64,000 nt of DNA, taken from contig JBNZDD010013675.1 of assembly GCA_050575255.1 (NCBI GenBank), forward strand, positions 4,866,405 to 4,930,404. The letters run 5' to 3'. The notes under the pieces are model-generated. The model worked only from the letters and a program-made list of their open reading frames with translations. It did not search any database and was not told where the DNA came from. Origin of the DNA: Harriotta raleighana. Lineage: Eukaryota. The position numbers and the translations under genes are program-made. This document shows positions 1 to 12,080 of the stretch, piece by piece. Position 1 is the first letter of the stretch. Each line of letters opens with the position of its first letter.

Positions 1-589
1 CAATTCAAGGGTTTGGCTTTCCGCTGTTTTAGTATCAGTTTGGCTTGCAATGCGGATACTACTACACCAACAATAGTAATTTGCATTTATGTAGAGCCCC
101 TCACGCAGGGTAGTGTCCCAAAGCATTTACCTGGACCTCAAATGTTTTTCAAGATAGCTGACCCAAACCTGAGAATATCTAGTGAAGTCATCTTGGTCTG
201 AGAACACCTGAGTATTTAGAAATATTGTGTATATGTGTGTGGGGAGGAGAAATTTCACTTGTGCAATAAGGTTGCTCTTCCAAGTTTAGTCTTAGAATCA
301 ATGCTTAGCACAACCAGTATTAATAATAATTCTTGCATTTGATATTCATTGCTGAGATGCCCCAAAGTGCTTCATAGAATATATAGAAAAATTAATTGGT
401 TTTGCATTTTGTGGGCGAAACGGGGTAGCCAGTGGCACACAGCAGTGTCCCACAAATGGTTATGCATTGATTATTGTATCATATTATAGTTATGAGGGAT
501 TATTCATCCCGGAAAGTGATCCATCAATCAACTAACAACTGGGCACTTACTTAATCCTAGGTAAGCAGAGATATGTGAAGGAAGGAAAC

Positions 590-687
590 GTCTTGTCACC
601 AAGTTTGGCGTCCGCACTTTCCCCTCCTGCTATCTGTACACCCCCAATAACATCTTCACTGAGGTCACTGTGTATGTACAACTATGT
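590..687 (+). pseudogene. Duplicated fragment of QSOX1 exon 6 (3' part plus donor site)
   Basis: About 97 bp matching 1844-1941 with about 6 mismatches; no acceptor; fused to a truncated SINE. Confidence 0.9.
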
Positions 688-936
688 ATTCAGAAAACCT
701 TATTATTTGATATAGCAACATATTATGTTGTTCAGACATCTCAAAGCACCTTACGGAATATATTTTAAAGTGATTTAACTGTGCATTTTGTGGGCGAAAC
801 ACTTAAGGTTTTTTTTAAACTAAGGTTTTGCTCTGCCCAGGATTCAAACGTGGGTCCTCTTACTTGTGAGACAAAAGTGCTAACCAGCTCCCTAGAGGAT
901 TCCACAATTTGTTGACTGCTTTGTTTTAACCTGCAG

Positions 937-1027
937 GTTGGCAGAGATAACAAGCTTCTTCAACACCAACAAAGTTCAGTACCTGGCGCTGATCTTTGAG
1001 GAGGAAAACTCCTTCCTGGGAAGAGAG
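937..1027 (+). CDS. QSOX1: QSOX1 coding exon (about exon 5; Trx2 region)
   Basis: ctgcag| acceptor and |gtgagt donor; encodes LAEITSFFNTNKVQYLALIFEEENSFLGRE, similar to human QSOX1 LEEIDGFFARNNEEYLALIFEKGGSYLGRE and closer to QSOX1 than QSOX2 (from recall). Confidence 0.92.
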
Positions 1028-1779
1028 GTGAGTCTGCTTTATGTAATAAATAAACGTGCAGTTCTAAAATCCCATTTCCAATTTACATAATAATAATAAT
1101 CCTCGTATTTGATATAGCACCTTATATTGTTGAGCTGTCTCAATGTGCTTCACAGAATATACAGTACTGTAAAGTGAATGGACTGTATATTTTATGGCTG
1201 AAACCCAGCCAACAATTGTGATCAAGAATCAAACCCAGGTCCCCTTGCTTACGAGGCAAGTGCATGACTTGCTAAATTTGGCCATAAGTTCATAGATTTC
1301 AGTCTTATTTTTGAAGCCTCTTAAGAATTGAGAACAATTGCTTCAAAATGTTCAATTCTTCAATTTACGAATTGTCCAGAATTTGCAGCACTGAATGAAG
1401 GAATCTCCATTACATATAAGCCTTCTCCATCCCGCATCATCAAACACGTCAAGATGTGCTGGTTTGCAGGCTGCGCGAATACACTTCTGTCTTGCTGAAT
1501 TCTGTGAGTCTTTTGTGGGCAAACTCGCATTCACATGTGTCCTTCATGGAATGATTGGACGCCATTATCAGTACACCTTGCCCCAACATTTCAGAATATT
1601 AAAAAAATTAATTGCCGCATTTAATAGAGCACTTGACACGATTTTTTATTGTTGGGTTGAGCAAGCCGCTTGCTGTGGTGATGGTGCTTGTGTTGTTTGT
1701 GTGCTCTTAAGTGTCCCAAGATGCTATTCTGTGTGAAGGGCGCTGTATAACTGGGAGTTGCTGTTTGTTGTGTCCCCAG

Positions 1780-1925
1780 GTGACGATGGACATGCTGCAG
1801 TATGAGAACATCGCTGTGCGCAGAGTGCTGAGGAGTGAGGAAAGTCTCGTCACCAAGTTTGGCGTCCTCACTTTTCCCTCCTGCTATCTGTACACCCCCA
1901 ATAACACCTTCACTGAGGTCGCTGT
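1780..1925 (+). CDS. QSOX1: QSOX1 coding exon (about exon 6)
   Basis: ccccag| ... |gtatgt; 146 bp; VTMDMLQYENIAVRRVLRSEESLVTKFGVLTFPSCYLYTPNNTFTEVA; phase continues from the previous exon. Confidence 0.93.
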
Positions 1926-2087
1926 GTATGTACAACTTTGTGTTTCGAAAATTGCGTATCTGAGCGCTTGGTGTATACGTGTGCGCGTGTGTTTGTGTAT
2001 GTGTATGTGCATGTGTATGTGTGCATGTATGCCCGTGTATTTGTTATGCACATGACTCCATGTCTGTGTGTACATATACATGCACAT

Positions 2088-2395
2088 TTAAGCCTTCCAA
2101 CAATGACAACAAAATTGGAGGACACTAGAGGAGAGGACACAAGCTGCAGAGTTTTGGATGATCTGCAGCTTGTGGAGGGAAAAGTTGGGGAGGCCGACAA
2201 GGAGGGAGTTTCCATAGTCAACCCTTGAGGTGACATGTGCATGTATGAGTTGGGTGGCCTGAGAGGTGAGGCAGTGCCAGGACGAGTCGGGCAATGTTGT
2301 GGAGGTGGTGGAAGGCATTGCTGGTCATGGCGCAGATATGGGGGAGAAAGGATGGTCAAGGGTCAAACAAGACTTCCAGGTACCTGACCCTAACC
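2088..2395 (-). mobile_element. L2-clade LINE fragment (RT C-terminal region)
   Basis: Minus-strand translation LIHAHVTSRVDYGNSLLVGLP...LQIIQNSAACVL, typical of L2 ORF2. Confidence 0.85.
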
Positions 2396-4059
2396 CTTCA
2401 AATAAACACAGCTTGTGAGTCTCTGATTTCCCACACCCCAGCAGTTAGTCTCTGCCTGTAAAGACTTCTTCCGTTAAAATTTAAAAGCAAAATCGAGGAC
2501 AATTCTCAAATTCGGGCTTATTCCCAAAGCCAATTTATCAAAGCTTCCTCAAAAAGAAACCAACTTAACAATTTTTCACAATCGATCTTGCAGCTCAGAC
2601 CAAGTGGAATTGGGGATGTCTGCAGTGTAACTGTATTAATGCAGGAAGGCCTGCAGAGGGCTCTGCTGTGCTTCCTACACAGCTGGAGAGTCAAATTCTG
2701 CACTGAAAGCAATCCCAGCAAGGAATTCTTTCCTTTCCTCACTCCCTATGGGATGTGAGGGATGGGAGGCAGAGAGGTTAAGGTGGGAGAAGCGGCCTGA
2801 GATAATGATGATGAGGATGTTAATAATAATAATGATCCTTGCGTTTGATATAGCACCTCATCACATCATTGAGACGTCTCAAAGTGTTTCACACAATATA
2901 TTGCAAAGTGGATGGACTGTGTTCCTAGTTACTGCTGGGTAAAACAGAAGTGTGTAGAGTAAGGAAACGTGTCTAAGGTTCACCCCACCTGGGAATTGAC
3001 TCCTGGTCCTCTCGTTTGTGAGGCGAGTGTGCAAACCACTCTACTGCAGCTTGCTGAGTAGGCCTGAAGGGGTTAATAGCGCTGTGTGGTTGCAGGCAGC
3101 AAGTGTGAGGTCTTCTGGCCTTGTGCAAGGACAAGAAACTCCCAACTGTTGCATGAAAACAATGGCATTTTTCCGTCTGGCTGAGCCCAGGCTCGCATGC
3201 GATCGGCCATTTAAATAATAAGCAGATGGCTGGCTGGATGATTAATGTGACCGAGCTCTGCAATAGCACAATACAGGAGGGAGATGGGGAGAAAGGCAGG
3301 AGGGTGGGAGGGAGGGTGGATGGTGGGCATTGCCTTGCATTGGGTGAAAGGACCTTGCCAGCCAGAATATCATCAGAGCCTGAAAGACAGCTGTGAGTAA
3401 GAGCTGGAGTCAAGTGCAAGCCTGTCACAGGCTATAGCCTTCCTCCCCACTGTCTCTCCCATGACAGACGCGGGGGATAATTGGATGGTACTGATGGCAT
3501 TATCAAAGTGCCAGGCTTTCTTCAGAGCTAGTGGAGGGGAAAATTATTTGTGATAAAGTCTGATGCCTCCATCTGTTCACGGTTAAACAGAGATGCGTAG
3601 TTTGAATGTATGTTTTCCTTAAAAGAGGGATGGAGAGTAGAGAGTAGAGTAGAGAGATAGGGCGGAAAGGTCACAAGCAACTGAGAATTAGGCAATCCCT
3701 CTTCCGGCAACTTGTTCACCTCTCTCTCAAGTTTCAGACCACCCAGATCTCGCCGTCCTCTCTCTTTAGCTCTCCCATTCTTCCTCTTGGTTTCATTTTC
3801 TTTTCAGTCAAATTTGCATGTGTTGCTCTTCCACACTCTCTTTGTTTCTTGCTTTCTCTCTGTCTCAGTGTGTGTGTGTGTGAATGTGTGCATATCTCTC
3901 TCTGTATTCCTCTCTATTTAATTTTTTTATTACTCTCTGTACATTTCATTCTGTTTCCTTTAGTCTTTCTCTTATTTGCTTCTCCTTTATGTTTGCCTTT
4001 ATTTTGCTATTTGTCTCTTTCTCTCTCATGCTTTCTCTTTCCGTATCTCTCCATCTCAA

Positions 4060-4422
4060 GGAATCCTGTAGTGTATTGGTTAGAGCGCTCGCCTAGTTTG
4101 CGAGAGGACGTTGGCTCGTTTCCCAGGCAGGGCAAAACCTTCCGCAAGTTTCATTACTCCATGTACCTCTGTTTACCTAGCAGTAAATAGGAATCCTGTG
4201 GTTAGTTGATTGGCAGATTTCTTTCTGGGCTTTATCCCTTCAAAATAATACTACTAACAATAATTTGGTTACTCAATCCACGACTGTTTATGGAGGTGTG
4301 CAATTGGTATTATGTTTGTCCACAAAATATGTATATAATTCACTTTACAGTGTATCCTGTGAAGTACTTTGATATGTCTCAACAATGTGATATGGTGCTA
4401 TATCAAATTCAAGAATTATTAT
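4060..4422 (+). mobile_element. tRNA-derived SINE with Deu-domain-like body, near full length
   Basis: tRNA-like head (A/B boxes), body shared by dozens of copies in the window, (TTA)n tail. Confidence 0.85.
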
Positions 4423-4529
4423 TTCTTTCATTTCTCTTTCTGTCTCTGTGTATTTCCCCCTCTCTCTATTCATCTGCCTAGGCTTGCAGAGCCTCACGGG
4501 GAGTTTGCAAGTGGATATCGGCACATTGT

Positions 4530-4834
4530 GGAGTCCTGTAGCTAAGTGATTAGAGCACTCGCCTTATAAGTGAAAGACCTGGGTTCAATTCTAGGCAGGG
4601 TGAAACCTTGGGCAAGGTTCCTTACTCCACATGCCTAATAATAATCCCTCAAAAACATTTTTAAAATTAGTCATTTCAATCCACGACTGTTTGTGCGACA
4701 CTAATGTGTGCAAGTGGCTGCCGTGTTTTGCCCACATATCTAGTCAATTCACTTTACAGTATATTATGTGAAGCACTTTGAGACATCTAGAAGATGTGAC
4801 AAATGTTATATCAAATGCAAGGATTATTATTATT
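4530..4834 (+). mobile_element. tRNA-derived SINE (same family, shorter subfamily)
   Basis: ggagtcctgtagctaagtgattagagcactcgcc head to tatcaaatgcaaggattattatta tail. Confidence 0.88.
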
Positions 4835-5154
4835 GTGGTACAGGGTGGCCCAGATTCACACTAAAAGCTCCCCTTTGCCGTATTGAATAAGAAACTAATA
4901 ATAATCCTTGCGTTAGCACCTAAGCACATCATCGAGATGTCTCAAAGCGCTTCACAGAATGAATTGTAGAAATGGATTAGCTGTCTATTTTGTGGGCAAA
5001 AACAATGGCACACAGCAGTGTCCCAGGAACAGATGCACCCATCAAGCCTCTGATGGAGGATGGGGATGGTGGGTTGCCCCTGATGGATTGCAGACTGAAG
5101 GAGGTGCTTTCTCTGAAGGGCAGGGAAATAATCCACACTTTGTGTTCTCCGCAG

Positions 5155-5286
5155 TCGATTGAAAACTCGCACTTTCTACACGTATTACCTGCGGCAGCTG
5201 AGTGGAGTGACACGTGGTGCCTACAAGCTGCTGGTACAGGATTCCGCAGCCGCTAGCACCATGAAACCCTGGAGGTACTTTAACAG
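5155..5286 (+). CDS. QSOX1: QSOX1 coding exon (about exon 7)
   Basis: ccgcag| ... |gtcagt; RLKTRTFYTYYLRQLSGVTRGAYKLL...PWRYFN, similar to human SRSFYTAYLQRLSGLTR; phase 2-2. Confidence 0.9.
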
Positions 5287-5309
5287 GTCAGTAATGTGTA
5301 ATAACAACA

Positions 5310-5625
5310 ACAACAGCAGGGAGAGAGGTGTGAGGGTGGCAGAAGACCTGATCGAAAAGGAGGTTCTTGAGACTGGCTCTGAAGGAGGCAAGGTAGGAAG
5401 CCAGGTGAAGGGACTGTGGCATGGAGTTCCAGAGTGTGGGGGCAGAGACACTGAAAACCTGGCCACCGATGGTAGGGTGGGTCATACAGGAGACACGGAG
5501 CAGACCGGAGCCCGCTGAAAAGAGGAGGCGGACAGGGTGATAGGGAGTCAGCAGGTCGGAGAGATAAGGAAGGGGCAAGGCCGTGAATGGCCTTGAAAGT
5601 GAGGACGAGGATCTTGAATTTGATA
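5310..5625 (-). mobile_element. L2 LINE 3' fragment
   Basis: Minus-strand translation ...PYLSDLLTPYHPVRLL...FSVSAPTLWNSMP...FRASLKNLLF, the L2 ORF2 C-terminus. Confidence 0.85.
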
Positions 5626-6119
5626 GTTTTGTTCTAGCGATGTTGCCCGAAATCTTCACTTTTTTTTGGTGGTGGTGGTGAGGGGGAGAATAGGGGTGGG
5701 GTGGCGGGAATAGAGCGATCAGCATGAACATCAGTGTAATATCGTTAGTCTTGCCAGTGTTGCACTGCCTGTTTCAGACCACTAGAGAGAGCAGTGTCAG
5801 GCTTAACTTTTACTGTTTCTGTTGTTACATCCAATTGCCAGAGTGTAGTGTTATTTTGGCCAGCCACATGTCTGCCCCATGCGGAAACTCATCATCATGC
5901 TAACAAACACCCAAACCAGAATGGGAGTTCAGCTTCTCATGCATGCGAAGCAGGAACTAACTTATCTCCCTGACAGGTGTTTAAACCACATTGAAAATGA
6001 GAATCTAGAGTTTAAACACAAAATCACCCAGGTCACAGGCAGAGATTTTCATCCCATCGGACAGGGCACTATCCAAGCCTATGGAACACCCAATCTCATT
6101 TGCTTTCATTCAGGTATAA

Positions 6120-6470
6120 CCCTGGCTTGGCTATTTGCACTTTTGCCCCTGAATCAGGAGGGTGTGGGTTTACACCCAACATCAACAGTGAGCTCACAGG
6201 TTAGGCTGACATTCCAACGCAATGCTGAGGAGTGCTTTATTGTCAGGCTACCTGTTTAGGTGGATGTTAAAGATCCCATCACGGTACTCAATAAAAGAAA
6301 AGGGAGTTTCTCTCATCCGGTGTCTCATCCGGTGTCCTGGCCAACAGCCCCCCAGATAAAAATTGGTCATTCATTCCATAGCTGTTTGTGGGCCATTGCT
6401 GTGTGCCATTTGGCTGCTGAGTTCACATCCAAAATACACAGTCACTACACTGTACAGGTAATCATGTGAA
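6120..6470 (+). mobile_element. Older Deu-domain SINE (SacSINE1/AmnSINE1-like)
   Basis: ggtggatgttaaagatccc...gggagtttctc...ggtgtcctggccaac Deu core; related copies at about 7240-7605(-), 9375-9690(+), 18850-19180(-), 58040-58370(+). Confidence 0.75.
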
Positions 6471-6958
6471 ATTTGTTGGGTAAGTTTAATGTGTGTGTAT
6501 GTGCGCGCGCGCGCATGTGTATATACCTCAAACTGAGTGGGTGGGTATATTATTTGAGAAGACTTTGTGAAGTCGATTGCAGTGGTTTCTAAAAGGATTC
6601 TTTAGCTTGTAAACCAGAAGTGCATCAAGTTGGCTCGAAGAGAGGGAGACAGGTTCCATTGACAGCTACATTCAGAGTGGCATTTCCACATTGTTGATCC
6701 ATTTACCAGGTTTGGATAGTGTAGGTGGAGCTTTATCCTATGCCTGTCCCTGTGCTGTGTATCCTTGTCTCCTTAAGACTTTCCTCTTTGACCATGCCTA
6801 TCATCACCCACCCACCTCCCCCTCTCGGCCCAGCTTCAAGCTCCGTCATTGTTAAGCGCTCCGAGATGTTACTATGTGTGAAGGGTGCTGTATAAATGCA
6901 AATTGTTCTTGGATCTGAGATGCTCCACTCTGACTCATTGCCTCTTTCCTGTCCACAG

Positions 6959-7088
6959 TTCCAAGGTGTACATGGTTGACCTAGAGTCTGCACTGCAATA
7001 TTCACTGAAGGTAGAAGTCGGAATGCACACACGCCTGGTTGGAGACTCCCTCACTGCTCTGAATCAATATGTCAATGTGCTTGTTAAG
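6959..7088 (+). CDS. QSOX1: QSOX1 coding exon (about exon 8; helix-rich region)
   Basis: ccacag| ... |gttagt; SKVYMVDLESALQYSLKVEVG...YVNVLVK matches the QSOX motif KIYMADLESALHY. Confidence 0.94.
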
Positions 7089-7239
7089 GTTAGTCCTGTG
7101 GATCTGAGCGTTCACCTTATTGGGGTTTACCTCGTACTTAGCGGCCGTGCCTTCACCCACTGCACTCTGAATCTATGTAGCTCTTTGCTCCCACCTGTTG
7201 CAGTGTCCTATAACGTCAGTAAAATGTGAATTGTACAGG

Positions 7240-7605
7240 ATTTACCTTAAAAGTAAATTGACTGTATTTTTGAGAGAAATGCAGAAGCCAGTTGTGCACA
7301 AACCTCACAAACAGCCATGGAGTAAGTGACCAATTTTATTTGGAGGATTGTTGGCCAGGGCACTGGGAAAAACTCCCTTCTCTTTTCGAATAGTGCTATG
7401 GGATTTTTAACATCCACCTGAATAGGCAAACAGGACCTCGGTTTAGCATTTAATCCAAAGAATGACATTTCTGCTGCTGGAACAACTCCCCAACACTGCA
7501 TCAGTATGTCATCTTAGACTAGATGATTCCATGTCCCATTGTGGGGCTTGGACCCACAACCTTCTGACTTGAAAGTGAGAATATTACCACTGTGCCAGGC
7601 TGACT
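7240..7605 (-). mobile_element. Older Deu-domain SINE
   Basis: Reverse-complement copy of the 6120-6470 family including the tRNA-like head. Confidence 0.75.
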
Positions 7606-9807
7606 AGGGATTTAAAGATGAATAGAGATAGGGCTGGGGGTTGGGCAATGGGGTAGAGGGAGAGAGTTCCATAGCAGTTGAAGGCTCAGCCACAGAGAGG
7701 AACATGTATGTTGCTATTTGCATCTATGTCTGTAGAGTTCCTCACTGTGTGACTGGCTGGAGCTTGTTTATACAGCATGGTAAGGTTTCCTCAATGTGGG
7801 CTGTTCTTCATCTCAGGAGGCGTTTATTTACCAGTGTAAGTTAAGGGCTAAATAAACCTGGTTTACACTTAGAATCACTATTCACCTCAATCTGACTCTG
7901 GTAATTCTGTTCCTAACACTGCACTCCCAGGTGCATAATACTGTAATAAAAATAATAATCCTTGCATTTGATTTAGTGTTGAGATGCCTCAAAGCACTTG
8001 ACAGAATATGTTGTAAAATGTATTTTGTGGACTAAATGATTTGTATCTGTTTGGGAGTCTGTGTGGAAATAATTAAGGAAGCAGTTTTTCAACAAACTAT
8101 TCATTTCTGTGTATCGGAGCTAATATTGGAAGTGAACCGTTAAACGATCGAGCTTAAAGCTGTTTACCGGCAATTTTCAGCCACTGGAAAAAAAAAGCCG
8201 TGGCCGAAAAAAGCCAATAAATGCCAGTACTGATATTGGATCTACACTTAGCCCGAAATTCCATCTTTCAGACCGGATCCCCATCTCTCCCCCATTGGTC
8301 CAGCCAGTGACCAGGGTTTTCATGTATTTTTAACTGTAGAAATTGAGTCTTGATTTAGAAGCTTTAATTTTCAAGGACTGCTTCAAGAAAACTGCTTCGG
8401 AGTTAGCCCCATACGGGGAGCCTAAATCCTATTAAAGTGCTTCCACTAACAAGCCGCTGACTGACCTCAACACAAGCTGCCGCGTAGCTTGACAGAAAGC
8501 ATCTGTATTTAAAGCTTTACTAATCTGTTTTCCCCCCTGTGTGTATGTTTGTGTGTGTGGTGGGGTGGGGGATATTTGCGTAAATGTGTAGTATTTATGC
8601 GTATGCAAATGCATATTTCTGTGTATGTGCATGTTTTGTGTGTCTGTGTATATGTAGTATTTATTGCATGAATGAATAATTGTGAATGCATATATATATT
8701 TCTGTATGTACATGATATATTTCTGTGTATATGTCTGTTCATATTAGTATATTTGTGTGTGTATATTTCTGTGTCTGAATATGTGTGTGTATGTAGTATT
8801 GTGTTTGTATATTTGTATGTGGGTGTGTTTACGCACTTCAAGAGACTGGGCTGTTTCTCTCCATCCACTGATACTAATTGAATTTTAGTTTGAAGTTATT
8901 GAACAGAAGTAGATTTTCTAAGTCCTTGGAGGGTAGGGCTGCTGGATTGAAGCAGACATGATTTTATCTCGGCTGGGAGCTGGGGAGTTGAGTGTTTAAG
9001 ATGTTCACCATCGGAATACAAATTGGGAACTACAAGCAGGTTGGAGATGAGCACTGGATCTGCGGAAACATAAAGGGTTTTTAAAGGAAATCTATAGCTC
9101 CTGTTCCACCCCTTCCCTTGGGATGCTATTTACTGAGTTACTGCTGGTTTTCCTGCCTGTCTTTGGATACTCTCATTCTTGTCAGTTTCTTAAAGGCAGT
9201 CTCATCACCCAGGGACAATATTATTTTTTTTCCGTCTCTCAGGATCTCTTGATCAATGCACAGCCCACCTCAGCCAGATCATAGTGTTCCACAGCCCGCC
9301 CTCTCCCTCTCCACCCAGCTCCTGTCAGCAGAAAATGGGACAGGTTTTTGTTCGCTGTTTAGTATTGGATGATCGGCCTGGCTCAGTTGGTGGCTTGCTC
9401 GTCTCTGGGTGTGAAGGTTATGGGTTCATTCATGCCTATGCAGGGCCTTGGAGCTCATAATCCAACATGGCACTCCATTTCAGTCTTGGATGAAGTGCTG
9501 CATTGTTGGAGGGCAGAACTGCGGATGTGGTGTTAAACCAAGGACCTGTCTGCCTTTTTGGACTGTCGCTGAAGATCCCTTGATCATAATCGTCCAGATA
9601 GGTTCCCCTCACAGCGGTTTATGGCACATAGAATGCACAGTCACTACACTACATTTGACAGAACCCTGCAAGGGGCTTTGAGGCATTTCTGAGTTATAAA
9701 TTCTACAAGGAGAGTAATCTATGTGGCCCGAAAATCCCATGGGGTTTAGTGTTAAAACCATTAAATTGAAGAACATTTAGTATTCAGTGTATCATACACA
9801 TACACCC

Positions 9808-10100
9808 TGAAGTTCAGTGGTGAGAGCACTCACCTCGCAAGCAAGAGACTTGGGTTTGCTCCCAGCAAGGCGAAATCTTAGGCATGTTTCCTTACTCCAC
9901 ATGCCTGATAATAGTCACTCAGGAACAAAAATATTTAGTCACTCATTCCATAACTGTTCGTGGGACACTGCTGTGTGCAATTGGCTGCTGTGTTTTGTCC
10001 ACAAATATACAGTCAATTCACTTTACATTATATTCTGTGAAGCACTTTGAGAAATCTAGAAGACATGAAAAGTGCTATAACAAATGTAAGGATTATTATT
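9808..10100 (+). mobile_element. tRNA-derived SINE
   Basis: Family head, body and (TTA)n tail. Confidence 0.8.
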
Positions 10101-10394
10101 AATTATTGTTAGAAAGTCTTCATTTGGAAGCCAGTTAATCTGTGGCTTTTACAATGAAACTGCATCCAAATTAAGATACAATTGAAGAATATTCCCTAAT
10201 TCTGCACCATCTCAAATTTCTAGAGAATGACTTTAACACAAAGACCATGAGAAATTTCTGACTTTTGAAACAGCAGAAATGCCGGCTCTTGGGAGAGCAT
10301 AGAGCTATCTCTCAAGGCTTTGTAGAATGAAGTTTGTGCAGCTATCAATACTTAAACAGGCCAGCATCTGGGGTGGAAGCAGAACCCTGAGATG

Positions 10395-10740
10395 CGAGTC
10401 CCCTAGCCTTAGTGGTTAGCCCACTCATCGTACGAGCGAGAGAACCTGGGATTCATTATTGTGCAGTGCAAAGCCTTAGACAATATTCCTTATTTACACA
10501 CCTCTCTTTACCTCGCAGTAAGTAGGAACACGGTTGGTTGTTATTCGATTGCCGGATCGCTTTTGGGGTGGGGTAATAATCCATCGAAAAAAATTGTTCA
10601 CTCAATCCACAGCTGTTTGGGACATTGCTGTGTGCAATTGGTTGCCGCATTTCAACCACAAAATACACAGTCAATCCACTTGACAACATATTCAGTATAC
10701 TTAACAACGTGGTAAGGCATTATATAAAGATTATTATTAT
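10395..10740 (+). mobile_element. tRNA-derived SINE ending about 30 nt before a QSOX1 acceptor
   Basis: Family head, body and tail. Confidence 0.8.
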
Positions 10741-10770
10741 CCATGCTCTCTCTCTTATCTCTTTCTTTAG

Positions 10771-10890
10771 CTGTTTCCTGGCCGTCCTATCGTGATGAAG
10801 TTGCTTAAGAGTGTGCAGACCTGGCTGTCTGAGACTCGCTCTGCAACACACTTTTCTGGCTTAGCAGAGGTGCTGGACAACAAAATGGGG
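10771..10890 (+). CDS. QSOX1: QSOX1 coding exon (about exon 9)
   Basis: ctttag| ... |gtaagc; LFPGRPIVMKLLKSVQTWL...VLDNKMG (FPGRP motif); not in the ORF track, read manually. Confidence 0.92.
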
Positions 10891-10959
10891 GTAAGCTACA
10901 TGCTGAAGAACTGGCCCAGTAAACCTCGCTCTCACAGCTCGCCCACCACACATATCCAC

Positions 10960-11560
10960 GTAGAATCATAGAAAGTTACACCCCCAGAAGGAGGACATTT
11001 GGCCCATCGGGCCTGCACTGGCTCTCAGAGGCTACTTGCCTTCTCCTTTTACCACTGGAGTGGATCATGGATGATTTGAGCTGTGTAACCATGGTGAGTC
11101 CTGGTCACTAGATAGAAGACAGAACCTTCAGTGTCTCAGTGATGCCTTCATTCACATACGTTACACACTTGGTGAAAGGAATCCCCTCACTCAGTCCACG
11201 ACTGTGCACCTCCTCCTCATCTTCCAGTCAGAAACATTGTCTCCGAGGCTTTCATGCAGGTTCTACCCTCCGTTGATGCCGAAGCGAGTTTGTTGTCAGG
11301 GTTGTGGAGCTTCTGTTCCCCAATTTTCTTTTGCCTGCGAGACTGCGATTTTCTATGACTTACCTGATCCCTCAATATGCTCTTGTGAGGTTAATGGTAT
11401 ATCCATTCTCTCAAGCTCTCATTTCCTCTACTCTCTCCCCTATCCACCTGGCCCCCTGCCATCCCAAGCCCTGTAAGTCTATGTGAACTCTTAACTTGCT
11501 CTCTCTCCTGTCCATTTTGGATTGATAAATGGGGCAATGCATTGACCCACAATATTTTCA
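10960..11560 (-). mobile_element. Degenerate CR1-like LINE 3' fragment
   Basis: tagaatcatagaaagttaca...gaaggaggacatttggcccatc is the reverse complement of a CR1-type 3' tail; the extent is approximate. Confidence 0.5.
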
Positions 11561-11743
11561 CTGATTCCCCCTTGGATTCTGTCTTTAGATGCTGCAACCA
11601 CTGTGCTTCTATTTGGACTGAGAGGGAGAGGGGAGAGAGAGAGATCCAAAAGACCATGTTATAACAGGGATCAAACTGTAGCTACAAACAAAATGTTTCA
11701 AGCGGGTGTACCGATATATCTTCTTTCCTTTCTTGTTTTCCAG

Positions 11744-11894
11744 GTGCCAGGGGCTGCACTGTCGAGCGGGGGTAGTTGGGCGGCCTGTCAGGGAAGCCGA
11801 CCTCAGTTCCGACACTACCCCTGCTCGCTCTGGGTCCTCTTCCATGTCTTGTCAGTGCAAGCGGCAAATTACAACGAAACCGCGGCCGCACGAG
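11744..11894 (+). CDS. QSOX1: QSOX1 coding exon (about exon 10; start of Erv/ALR domain)
   Basis: ttccag| ... |gtaaag; [30 protein letters not shown], the conserved QSOX CxGS...PCSLWxLFH motif. Confidence 0.95.
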
Positions 11895-12080
11895 GTAAAG
11901 TCTTAAACTCGTTATTGATTACGGCCAATCTTTATTGAATTGAATGTATATTTTGTGGGCGAGACCAGGCAACTTTAATGCATTCTTCAAAGTACTGTAC
12001 TTCACCGTGACGAGTGTTAAGTGAGTTTGTAAGTAAACGCAGCAGTCGGTTTGCACCCAGCAATGGCTGATAATAGACAG

